In this document: positions 52,534 through 64,000 of the stretch, piece after piece
Layout: each line of letters opens with the position of its first letter
Position numbering within the stretch: the first letter of the stretch is position 1
Assembly: GCA_003344405.1 (NCBI GenBank)
Contig: NOWV01000115.1
Span: 1-64,000 of the forward strand
Length of the DNA stretch: 64,000 nucleotides
Direction: 5' to 3'
Source of the DNA: Trichoplax sp. H2
Lineage: Eukaryota
The notes under the pieces: model-generated
Seen by the model: the letters and a program-made list of their open reading frames with translations, nothing else
Told to the model about the DNA's origin: nothing
The model's database searches: none
Made by a program: the position numbers and the translations under genes

Positions 52534-54615
52534 GTTGGAGCGCTAAAGCAAGAGGATAATGACGTCAATCAGTGCTAAAATAATGGACAATTGCAAGAGA
52601 ACAACCAAGACAACTGGACAATACTGTTGATATCTTCTAATAGCTCTAATAAAGCATCCTTGGCGATAGTCTACTACAATCGAGCACCTAGAAGTGCAGA
52701 ATTTACCTCTTTTGCCTAAGTTGAAAAAGTGGCATCGAAAAAAAAGCTGGCAGATTGATGTGGTCCCAAACGGGTCCCAATAAGTTGCCCGCTGAGTACA
52801 GTGTACAGTACAGAACGCCTTACAGTATGTACTGTACTGTATCACAGGTCCCGTGACCAGAACGATGATCACATGACTCAGTGTGCAGTACTGAACACTT
52901 CTTGGTACGGTACTATGCACTGTACACTGTACTGTACACTGTACTGAGTAACAGTAGTCTACTGTATTTTTGCTCATATTGAAAGCTATAGAAAGCGCTA
53001 ACGCTATTACCGAGATGAGCCTTTACTATTGCACACTATTCACACGTTGATCTTATACTTGATGTTGAGGCATCGTCCATAGGCAGATCAATCCATGGAC
53101 CACTCAATCCCTATTTTTCATGATACTGCCCACACCAGGCAGAGCAGAGACGGCCAATAGGCCACCCTTCCACTGTAAACTACTTTATTTCATATTTCGC
53201 CCTACGAAACGCGATATAATATCACTTTTCAATCTACAAATTGCCCATCGCTGGCCAACACTCTACCGTTTTAATATGCCGTTGGAGGAAGTTGACGGTG
53301 TACAGTACACAGTCGAGCACAGTACTGTACAGTACTTACTTTGTACTGTACAACTGGACAATCACTCTTGGATGGACAGACATTTCCGACCTCATTGCGC
53401 CAAAATAGCATGTCAAACACTGGATTATGAAAGTACTTTAGTATGCAGATGGTCGATTTTGAATGGACTGATTTTTTCCAAATTAAGTAATATTACGCTC
53501 AATCTGATGATCTGTTTGTTTTACGGATTTACTAGCGTCTCTGTAGTTAGCTAATTATAGGATTGCTTGGACTGTTGAATTGCAAGCTTAGCAGAGCTTA
53601 ACAGCACTAGTTCTGTTCCGTCCTAGATCAGTATAGGTACTGTTTTGTACTGTACATAAGGGTGGTGAGAAAACAGAAGAAAGGTAGATCTTCACGTGTA
53701 AGCTAAGCTGCCGGGATCTCGCTTCGGTAGACTGAGAGCATACATAAAAACAGTCGCTATCATTACCGCTAACACTGTGACTAAGTTCTACTTGGAGACA
53801 ATTATATGAGATTGTCGACGCCATTAGAATTAGTGCCAGTGATTTAGTAAAGAGACGCGGAAGATCCATGCTAGGTAGCCATTTTAGCGATATTGATGGC
53901 CTCCTTGGTTAAGAAAAGTCCGTCTACCTGTCCAAGTCGCTACAGTATCTACTGTACAGTCCACTAAAATGTACAATACTGTACACTGTAGAGTCATGGA
54001 CTATTCAATAAGTCGTCTAATTTAGCAGCATTATTTTCGTCTCAGATATTTTATTTAAGGTATAAATGAAATTTATTGCTAGATATTGGTATAAGCTAGA
54101 GTATTCGCACATTCATTTTAGTGACATTTTTTTTCCAGTTCAAGTCAGTCTGTAGTCGAAATTAGAAGACGCTGTACACTCAGAGTACAGTACATACTGT
54201 ACGGACAGTACGGTAGAGTACTGTCGCCAAGTGGAACATGAATTGGTGTTTCGTATGAGTAACCGTGAGTGGAATGGAACCGTATAAAACCCATCGATCA
54301 TATGTCATCCATGGGTCACACGGTCAAGGCTCCCTCTCATCCCAGGGCATCGACTGGATCTTCTTTTGGTACTGTAGTCCTTGGTACAGTGTACAGTACA
54401 GAGTACTGTAATATGGCACTGTAGAGAGTTGGCTAAGTACTGTAATAGTTGGCCATGGATTGGAAATAGAGGTAGCCCCTTTTTGGGGTTTTACTACATG
54501 ACCAGTACAGCTTCAATGAAGCGTTTGAAGCACTAGAGTGCAATACTTGGCTGGGTGTTCTCCTCGGCCATAGCTCCTGGTTGACAGCTGCACCGTTGCC
54601 ATGAAAGCCTAGGAC
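52534..54615. promoter_or_regulatory. Divergent (head-to-head) promoter/5'UTR region shared by UBC9 and RINT1, containing several TAC(A/T/G)GTA clusters
   Basis: The start codons are ~2.1 kb apart on opposite strands. Motif clusters lie at ~52795-52970, 53299-53352, 53638-53656, 53941-53992, 54172-54225 and 54369-54443. Acceptor-like sites just before both ATGs suggest 5'UTR introns. Confidence 0.7.
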
Positions 54616-57600
54616 ATGGAGGAGAATATTGCCAATCAATTCTTGGATCAACTCTTTTCCGATCATTTGCAGCAGTTTTTGAATGGTATCGATGCAACAC
54701 TAAAGGAAAAGAAACTTGAATTAGATGCTCTAAATACAAAGGTATCTTGATGTATTGGCTAGACATGAGCTATTGACAAATCATACTAGATTAGATGAAT
54801 GAGTAAGCCGAGAGTCAAAGCTTTGCCAGTTGCACATAGGAAGGCAAGCTAGCGACGTGTAGATCCGTCAAAATGTGCCAACTTACCAAGCGATCGAGGC
54901 AAAGAAAAGTGCCTCCAGAGATAGAGTATTTCTTTTGATTAGCTAAGCTTAATGGACCAATGGAAGCAGAAAGGAGTAGTAGATCATGGGTGCAAGCTTT
55001 GATCCTCTTCTCCATCTTTGATTGAAGTTACAGTAATCGATGATAGAACAAGGCCCATCGTCGATGGAATAGCGTAGATACCAATAAATTGGCGTAAGGT
55101 TTTATAATCTTTTCCATTTTGTCTTTTATCAATGATAGAACAATGCCATGATCGATGGCAGCGATGAAAATTTAGTCCATGCTATGCAAGCCTGTGATAA
55201 CGCAATCATGCAAGGTCATGATGCTCGAGATGATTATCAACAATTATTACGTAATTGGCACCAATTACAACAACATCATCAACATCATCTACAACAAATT
55301 GAAAACTTAATGAAACAAGAAGAAACTGCCAAGCTTAAAGCATGCTATCTTACCTGGATACAACGTGTAGAAGGTATAAGGTGAGTGGATGGACGATAGC
55401 AATCGCGTTACGGTGTAATAGCTTGACAGTAAAATCTCCTTGTCATACTCGAATACATACTTATTGATGCCATCTAGTAAGGAAATGATCAATGGCCTTC
55501 AAGTAGCGTCGTTACCTGATGTTCTAGATGCCTTTACGTCGTTGTTGACCATCAATCAACAATTACAATCAACTTCATGCCAACATTTACTAAAATATGT
55601 TCATCAAACAATTTCCTACTGGCATAAAATATTAAGAAAGATTCTGCAAAGGTAACCAATTGCTGTTGATCGGTAACAGTATCTGTTATAATACTTAATC
55701 CATACCTTATTATAGACTCTTGCAATCAAATAATTGCCAATAAAGACATCAGTCAGGATTTTATCAAATACGAGAGCGTATTGATGCTGACATTGATCAT
55801 GCTCTTTCAATGGATTCATTTTCAATTATAGAGAGTTTGATGATGTATTAACAAAGATTCAGTGGCCCTTTCTTTCCGTTCAAATGACTTCACCTTCGCT
55901 TGATAATCAGATCGATTGCAAGCAACAATTGGAAAAGTTATTCTCCTATTTGCTAAGACTTCAGTTACCGTATCTATTCCTATTATTAATTATCCTCTAT
56001 CTTAGTTGTAATCATATTGTTGATATAGATGTCCACTTGTACCAATAATTAATTATTTCGTAATGGAATAGAATCCTAGCGATAAGCGTATTAAAGTATT
56101 CTTCACTCTTTCATGTTATACTAAAAAGAGTAGCGGCTATAATCCAATTTTTTGACAGATAGTGTTCCCTTCGCTTGACATATTACAATCCTTAACAATA
56201 TTTCCATGCAGTGAGGCGATGAGTGAAAATCAGTCCTCCTCATCTTTACAACCTTACAAACCGTTACTTGCCCCAATAGATTTACTTGTTAGGCCACTAA
56301 GGAAAAGATTTCGATTCCATTTCTATGGTAAAAAGCAAACGAACAGTATTGAAAAGGTAATAAATAGCCTTGTTTCTGCTGAATGGATTATACTGCTACA
56401 ACATTATACTGATTGATTCATGCATTGCGATATTTTTTACAGCCTGAATGGTATTTTACTCAAGTTTCGAATTGGATTCGCGATCATTCGCAATATTTAC
56501 AATACACTATTCAGCCCATTTTGAATCAAAATAATTTCGAAAATGTGGATGCTCGGGTATGTATTATATGGATATCGAAAAGTTGATCTATCCAATTTTA
56601 ATAACTATTATCTCCTTTTTTAGATCGAATTTATTCGAGGTCTAGTAGTCGTACTAGTCGAAAAAGTAACATCGGATATCCCTTTATTGTTATCGGATGA
56701 CTACTGCTTCTCTCATATTATCGACGAACTATTGCTTTTTGAAAATGAACTACACAATAAATATTATTATCCTATTGAATTGCCTTCTTGCATCGCCGCT
56801 TTAGAAGATGATTCTGTCATCGATAAATGGATTTCATTAGAATGGAAAAGTAATAACATAAAGTATTAAGTCTTATTTATCACCATCATCATTAATAAAT
56901 AAATACCGTAAGATTCTAACTTTTTGGCACGATTATTTTCATTCAAGATGGGAAGGAGAAAATCAATGAAATTATCTCTTCAGCAACGGCTTGGAGACCA
57001 AAATATAAAGATGTCGCTCAGGATTGTGATACCTCTCTAAAATTTCCTGAAGCAACAGAAAATATCTTAACTATGCTAATTTTAATGAAAGGTAAGCGTG
57101 ATATTCTTATCGCAAGATTTGGCTGTAAATATTGTATTAAAGTTTTAGTAGAAACTGCCGGTTAGGTTAGCAGTACTAAGTGTCACGTATTCTTACCCTC
57201 GATTCATAGAACGATATAGCAAATTGTCTAGCACGTCTTATATGATGCAATTCGTTCGGATGCAACTAAGCCTTCTTGACGAATTATATGCCAGATTTGT
57301 TGAATTAACCAAAAATGGCCCAAAACAATTACTAGATCAGGACTACAGTTACATTTTAAATGGAGTCAATCATTTAATTGGAGTGTTAAAAAAATGGAGT
57401 GATCAATGGGTATAACGTATTCCATGTAAAATAATTTCTTTTAATTTATAAAAGCATCCTCTGCTACTCTTTTACTTCTATTGATGATAGACTATTTATC
57501 TTCAGTTTTTCCTGGATTTATACGCGAAAGAGGTGAAGCTCAGGAAAGGTGATGTGAAGTCGTTAGAAGATGACAGTAATGAATCAGAAGTGCTGAAAGA

Positions 57601-58705
57601 AAATAATGATGCGGTTGAGGGTACAATATTCGATGGAATTATTGGACTTTATAATATTTTACTTGACGAAATGTTGAATAAGTTGGGCTTAGTTGTCATG
57701 CAAATCATAAAAAAGAACGCTAAACCTTACTGTAAACAAAAGTAATGCTGTCTATACTTTGCTTAATAATTTAAAAAATTGAGCAATGTAAAGACCATGT
57801 ATGCTGTACGTAATATTATTCTGCTCATTTCTGTTCACAGATGGTTATCTATGCAGTCCATTCGTGGGGCAACTTTACAGTTGTCACCTTCCGCTTGTGA
57901 TATGTTGGTTAGCGTGAGGGAATCACTGCAATATTATCAAACCTTCCTCGATAGTTCTATCTTTTTAAAGTTTTGGCAACGATTAGCGCAGGAAATAAAT
58001 GAACATCTCTATCAGGAGGTAAGAATTTTAAAATTGAAACAATTACATATGCATAGCTGTTGGTTATTGAGATATCTATTGAAGTGCTAGCAATCGATTA
58101 CTAAAGCTATAGTCGGCTTATGGAGGGTTGAATATTTGCTAAAAGTAACGATTGCTTCGTCTTATTAATTTTGATGCAAAAGTTGGTTGTAAGTAATCTT
58201 TTTAATGAAAATGGTGCCAAACAACTTGAGTACGATGTCAATAAAAATCTATTCATTCTCTTTCGGGAATACACTCATCGGCCAGATAATTTTTTTAAAG
58301 AGTAAGTTCAATTATTTAAATACATTTGATACAAAACATAATTGTAATAGTCTACCCCTTTTACTAACAGTAAACAATCTTCATTATCACTTATAACTAA
58401 TTTATGGCACTAGTACAAGATAGCCTTCGTTTATAATTTGAAGAGGAATCTAATATTATGTCATTATACTCTGTTATTTTAGGCTTAAGGAAGCTTGTGT
58501 GTTGTTAAATTTAAATAGTGGATCGGTAATGCTGTTACAAGAAATTCTACAATCAGCCACGATGGATTTGGATGATAACGATATTTCTGCGAGCAAAGCT
58601 AGAGCTTCCGCTGTTGCTGCTCTAAATGAAATTGGTATTCATCGCATGGAACTGCTAACTGCATTACAAATTATTCAACTTCGTATTGATTGGCCAAAGT
58701 TATAG
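54616..58705 (+). CDS. RINT1: RAD50-interacting protein 1 (RINT1/Tip20; NRZ/Dsl1 ER-Golgi tethering complex), ~754 aa, 13 coding exons
   Basis: Exons 54616-54741, 55139-55380, 55478-55651, 55832-55969, 56212-56356, 56443-56556, 56624-56849, 56948-57091, 57210-57409, 57506-57741, 57841-58018, 58183-58301 and 58483-58705 splice in frame (2265 nt). Hallmarks: IQWPF, [67 protein letters not shown]. Confidence 0.93.
55970..56211 (+). other. Probable U12-type (minor spliceosome) GT-AG intron, RINT1 intron 4
   Basis: Donor CC|GTATCTAT. Perfect branch box TCCTTAAC at 56189-56196, ending 15 nt before the CAG acceptor. Phase 2. Confidence 0.65.
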
Positions 58706-61700
58706 ATACTATATTTAAATTCATTGCCCAATAACGTTTTCATTACCTCTAGGAATTGAAATATTTTTAACAATTCATACAAACTATCTGAGTAATAACC
58801 CTGAAATTCAGGGTAAAGAATTTTCATTGCAAATGATTTATAAATTTTAAAAATAATGAAATCCTTCACAAAAGTTTTCTGGTCTGTAAATAAAATAATA
58901 TTCATTTATGATACGACAACTATACGTATTTCGATTTCGTTACACGTTTCATACAGTACTGTAATGTCAAATAATCATATTAATTTACAATTAATATATT
59001 TTTGAAAGTTATCGAAATTTTAAATAATCTGGATCGCATTAGGTTAATAAATGGACGTATTGCAGTATATATGATGTGGTGATTGCTTCGTTTGTTGAAA
59101 TCGTTAATATGTGCACCTACTACAATTAAAAGCTTACATTTTTTAGTCGAATAATGGGTATGAACTAGCACATTGCAGGTATCTAGCATCAAAACTTGCA
59201 GGCTGACAATAATTATCTTTCTATTATAATGGTATTAATGCAGATATGGTAGCATTCCATACTGTTACCTCTACATATCAATTTAATTAAAATTTACATA
59301 AATATCAATCCAAATAGACTTTTCAGACTATAATTACAGTGAATACTCTCATGTAGAGTTAACCGAAGCAGCTTTGTTTTAAGCAAAATGGCTTATCAAC
59401 TATAACATTCTATTTTATATATTTTACAATGCTACATTATATTACCTCATTACTACATCACCAGATTCCATAACTTCAGATATCCACGACTATAAATAAT
59501 ATGAATTGTGACCACTGGAAGTATAATTGTATTACTAAAAAGAGAGTAATAGAGAGTAAAGTGTAGTGATAAATTGAAGATGTTTGTACTAAGTGGAAGC
59601 TAGAATAGGCCTAAGATAGTCTAATTCAATATAAAGGTAGGAGAGTAAAATTATCGTTAGCTTACGATCAATACTGATAGTATGCACATAGAAGGAGGAG
59701 CAAGATACCTGAGCAGCTGGTATAATCAAGTCTTAGTAGCGGAGGAATGATTAGCTTAGAAGGATTCGTTCCCAAATAGTTATGCTTAGGTTACAAAAAA
59801 TTGTAAAAAGAACTACTACATATCGATTCGAAATTCTTAAGCAATAAACTCATCAACTACTAATAGATGAAAGTACAGTAGTTTATTTGGGCTGAGAATG
59901 GTCAATTCTTAGTATTGACGGTAATATTTACATTTGAAGGATTAAATTGCGTAGTACCGTTGCTAAAGTTGCATTATTACTCTCGGATTCAGCATTTGTT
60001 CACGTTTGTAGATCTGCGAAGGTAACTTTGACTTTAGTTATATTGCTTGTTCCAATTTTATATTCTTATTATATCAGCTAAAATTAAAAATCTTTTCGTG
60101 ATTGCTAAAACTTAGCTCGAGAAAGAAGCTACTTTCAGTCCAAACTTAACGTCAACGTAAATTCTTTCTAGCCCCTTAAATGGTTTATGTGAAATGTAAA
60201 AAATTGATCAACAGGCGTTTATCTGAATTCCTGGTAAATTTAGAAAGCCGGTTATACTAATTTTGAAAGTAGATAGCTGTCTAATTCTCATTTTTCTATA
60301 TAAATCCAAAATACTTATATACGTTATTAAAGAAAGCTTAGCCGATATTCTACGTTATTTCTATATAGAAATTAGGGGATAAATTATAAATAGCTAATGA
60401 GAAGTTAATTATTTGGAAATAGTAAATCATGGCTAGGCAAATTTCTTTAAACAAAAAACAAAAAAACAAAAACCTACCGAAAACTTTTTGATAAAGAAGA
60501 AATTCGATTATACCTGGCAGATACATTCTAATATAAGAAAAAGGAGAGATTAGCTATTTAGTAAAAGCTCAATCACATATTTTCGTATGCCAATTTGATG
60601 TGTAAACTTATACTATGTTTTTTGTGTCCATATTAACCGATTTCGATTAATAAACATTCATTGTAATTAGAAAGATTAATTTTTTATCCCAGTTTTTGAG
60701 TACTTGAACGCGAGAAAATTTTTAAAAGTTTGGAAACTCTTAAAATTACAATGAATAGTAATTAAATTTCTAAATGCAGGTTTATTTCATCCGTATTCTG
60801 ACTCTTTTAAAATTATCATCAATCACATAAAATTACTACTTTTAGATAAGTAGATGAGTTACCCAACTTTCGCCAGCTTTGCGGAAAATTTGTAATTGAG
60901 ATTTGCAACCAGGCGATTATTATTGAATATTTGTAGGTATTCATTTCTAGTTCAGAGACTGGCGGCATTTTTATCCAGATTTGACGATTTAGTACTATTG
61001 GAGTGCCATGATTGGCATTTATTTTACGATAAAATTATTATCAACTTTTTTATCGTACGATGATTTGGTAAATAAGAAGTATAGTTTAGAGGGGATTGTA
61101 ACCATATTGAGTTTCAAATTATGTATGGTATACAGGTACAGCATACCTAAAATGTAAATTTTAATTTAAAAGTTTTGCCTCAGCTCAAATGGTCTTATTA
61201 TGTTCAAGCACTTTGTGTTCATTTCTTCGTTATACAGATATTAAGCTACCATTAATCTATCTTGAATTAAGTGTCTAAGATCCACATCAATAAATTTCGC
61301 GGTAGGGTGTTAATTTTATTCCTTACATGAAATCAAGGACGCGTAATATATTGAAATAGATGGTAATCTCCAATGAAAGGAATTCAGTCACGTATGTTAA
61401 TAAAAATTGTAACAGGGCTTTAGTGTCAGTTTGTGGAGCTTTCTGTCTGATCATTGATGGCGTACAGTTTTCACAAGATACCAAAATTCTCGCCATACTA
61501 ATTTTGGAAGTAATATATCTTTTTAACGAAATTTATATTACATGTCAGATGCAGTAAATATTTTATTGAATGTAAAGCTTACCAAATACTAATTTCTAGT
61601 TTTAGTTGATTGATTTGATTGAGCTATTCTACATAATCGTGTATATTATATGTAAGGTTTCCTGGCATTGTTATTTAAGTCTTACTAAGCATTCATCGAA

Positions 61701-64000
61701 TCGGTTTATCGTCGTATTGATTAAATCTACCCTTTGATTATAATATAGAGTTATCAATCAAAGCTTGGCATATCGTTAGATTTTATCCTCAATCAATCAC
61801 GTAGTAAAGTTATATAGAACTGTTACGACCTAGTTTGTCCCTTAGAGAATTGGTATAAAAAATATTAATCGAATGTATTACTTTGAACGTTTTCATATTT
61901 GTTAATAATACTAGTTTTAAAGGCATAATTTCAGACAGGTATTTGCTGCTAATTATCTTACAATAAATATCTTGCAGCTGATATTCAGTTTTCGGCACTT
62001 TCCATTATACGATTGGCTTGCGTGGCCTTTGTATGCTAATGAGAATGACTGCATGAAATTGATCATAACAAGACGATCTTGTGGTAATATAATCGGTAAC
62101 TACGTCTGAGGGTATGGTATAAAAGTGAGCTTAAATAACCGCTAGAAAATTCCAATAACCAAAGTTAAAGCATATAATATAAATTGTTTAGAATGAATTT
62201 ATGGGGCTATTTATTTACCTGATTCTTTCCAAAGACTAAAGTGACTGTTAAGAATTTTCGTGCATCTAAACAGTTACTCAACTAGGCTATTTCTTTTTTC
62301 TTTTTTTTATTTGAATTCTTGATAATATAATAATTTACACTCTTCTATTAAGATGTGATCATAAATTGAATTTGATCTCAAACAATCATACAATAAGCTC
62401 GCGAATAGATAAAAATTAAGATCGGAAAGTTGCTTAAATAAGGTTAGCTTATTTATTCCTTTCCGATGATCAGATCGATAGAAAAAAATGTTCGATGTTT
62501 ATTAGAAATTCAATCTATAAAGTCTATATAATGTTCTAGATATTTCAGAGTAATATTATAATTGAAATGGACTTGTCTTACTAGATTAACATATATTAAG
62601 TTATACTTAAGATATGCTGTTACAAAATGTATACCTAGTTTAAAAATGGATAATCCCATTATGTGATTTGGTTATGTACAATTTTACATCAAAGGAACTA
62701 AGCCCTGCCGATTAATTTTCATCACTAGATGAGTTATATGTACCCTATAATTAGATGTCAGTAGTATCAAACTTATTGCATAGAATTTATTACGCTGAAC
62801 TCTGCAGTAAGATGGTAAACTAGTTTTCTATTATGTAAAAATTAGACTACGCTTAGGAATAACTTTGTTTTGGATAGATAGCGAAGGAGATCTAATAATT
62901 ATACTAGCGCATACGTTAAAAATAAAAATTAACTTCAATTAAACGGCAAGATTTATTTTTTAATTCTTTTGATGTGATTTAGATAGCATATGATTCTAAG
63001 ATCATTATTTGGAGAGTAATTTCAGCGATGATTTATATTTGCATAGATTCTGTACTATGATATATCATGACTTACTACAGTAAACTAATTATTTTATTAC
63101 TGTATTTTATTTATTAAAGAAGAAGAATAATTAGCGCTGCTGATGATCTTATTTATTTCTTGACGACATAAAAAAAAGCTTACAGTCAATCGGTAGTATT
63201 TCATCACAACGAAATGATTATATGATGTTGAGCTATGATAAATAAATGATCTGACAGTCATAAATTTATTGGAATATGTTTAGTAAAGATTATCTAAGGC
63301 TACCTTTATCGTAATATGGATTTTTGTCAGTCTTTGACGTAAATTATTCTCAGAAAATGAAAGATTCTATCTTAAAATTTACTGAATATAGTCATTAAAT
63401 AGAAATTAACAATAGTTCTCAGAAACTTATACGCTTTCGAAATCGCATATAATTCTGTCAATTGACATTAACGCATCACTGATATATATGCTCTACATTC
63501 AGCATTCATGAAATGACAAGCTTATAATTCTTGCATTCAACGTCTAAATCTCATTATATTACGACATATTGCTAACTATTGTAATCGCTGTTGCTTACTT
63601 TATTTAATACGAGTAGCATCACTTTACTATCATTTTTAAATTTACCGGATATGATACGAATTTATTAAAATGATATACTGATTCGAAGGATTTCTATGTT
63701 AAATTTTTACTTTTCTTCCTTTACGTAATCATGAGAATTACTGATATTGTTCTCATTAATCATCACCTTTACATTTATGTTCTATTATTCGATAGTGTAT
63801 TATCTCACATTACTTCAAATTTAATTGTGAAAATGTTTTCATTATTGGCATAAAGTAATCTTTAGTAACTACGAATCTCTTAACATTTTGAGCATAGACA
63901 ATATGTCATTAATTTGATCTTATCTGTTCATCCTAAAAAAGAACATTCAGTGTTAACATGATTTCAGTAAAAATGATCAGATCTACGTTAAAAATTCTGT

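Noticed and set aside
53714-53752. ctcgcttcgg..ag..gcatacataaaa resembles the U6 snRNA 5' stem
   Set aside because: No ACAGAGA box or downstream U6 core follows; likely chance.
54742-55138. RINT1 intron 1 donor GTATCTTG looks U12-like
   Set aside because: It is preceded by exonic AAG, is phase 0, has a normal pyrimidine tract and no CCTTAAC branch box, so it is most likely U2.

Overview
AT-rich eukaryotic (animal) genomic DNA with short spliceosomal introns. The gene content (42-aa-period TPR family, divergent intronless GPCRs) resembles a placozoan such as Trichoplax, which is an inference. By manual splicing I find, in order: the 3' end of an ABCA transporter; a 20-N assembly gap with duplicated flanks; a class-A-like GPCR; two tandem intronless TPR genes; a 9-exon single-pass CUB-like receptor gene with PY motifs that the ORF track only fragments; a long decayed TPR pseudogene; a second GPCR; and a head-to-head UBC9 (UBE2I) / RINT1 pair. 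RINT1 has a probable U12-type intron. The most striking unexplained signal is dense islands of TA-CAG-TA / TA-CTG-TA / TA-CCG-TA pentamer chains at the likely promoters. These match the canonical Tc1/mariner excision footprint. An apparent 10-bp CAGTA-CAGTA insertion at a TA inside the TPR pseudogene supports that origin.
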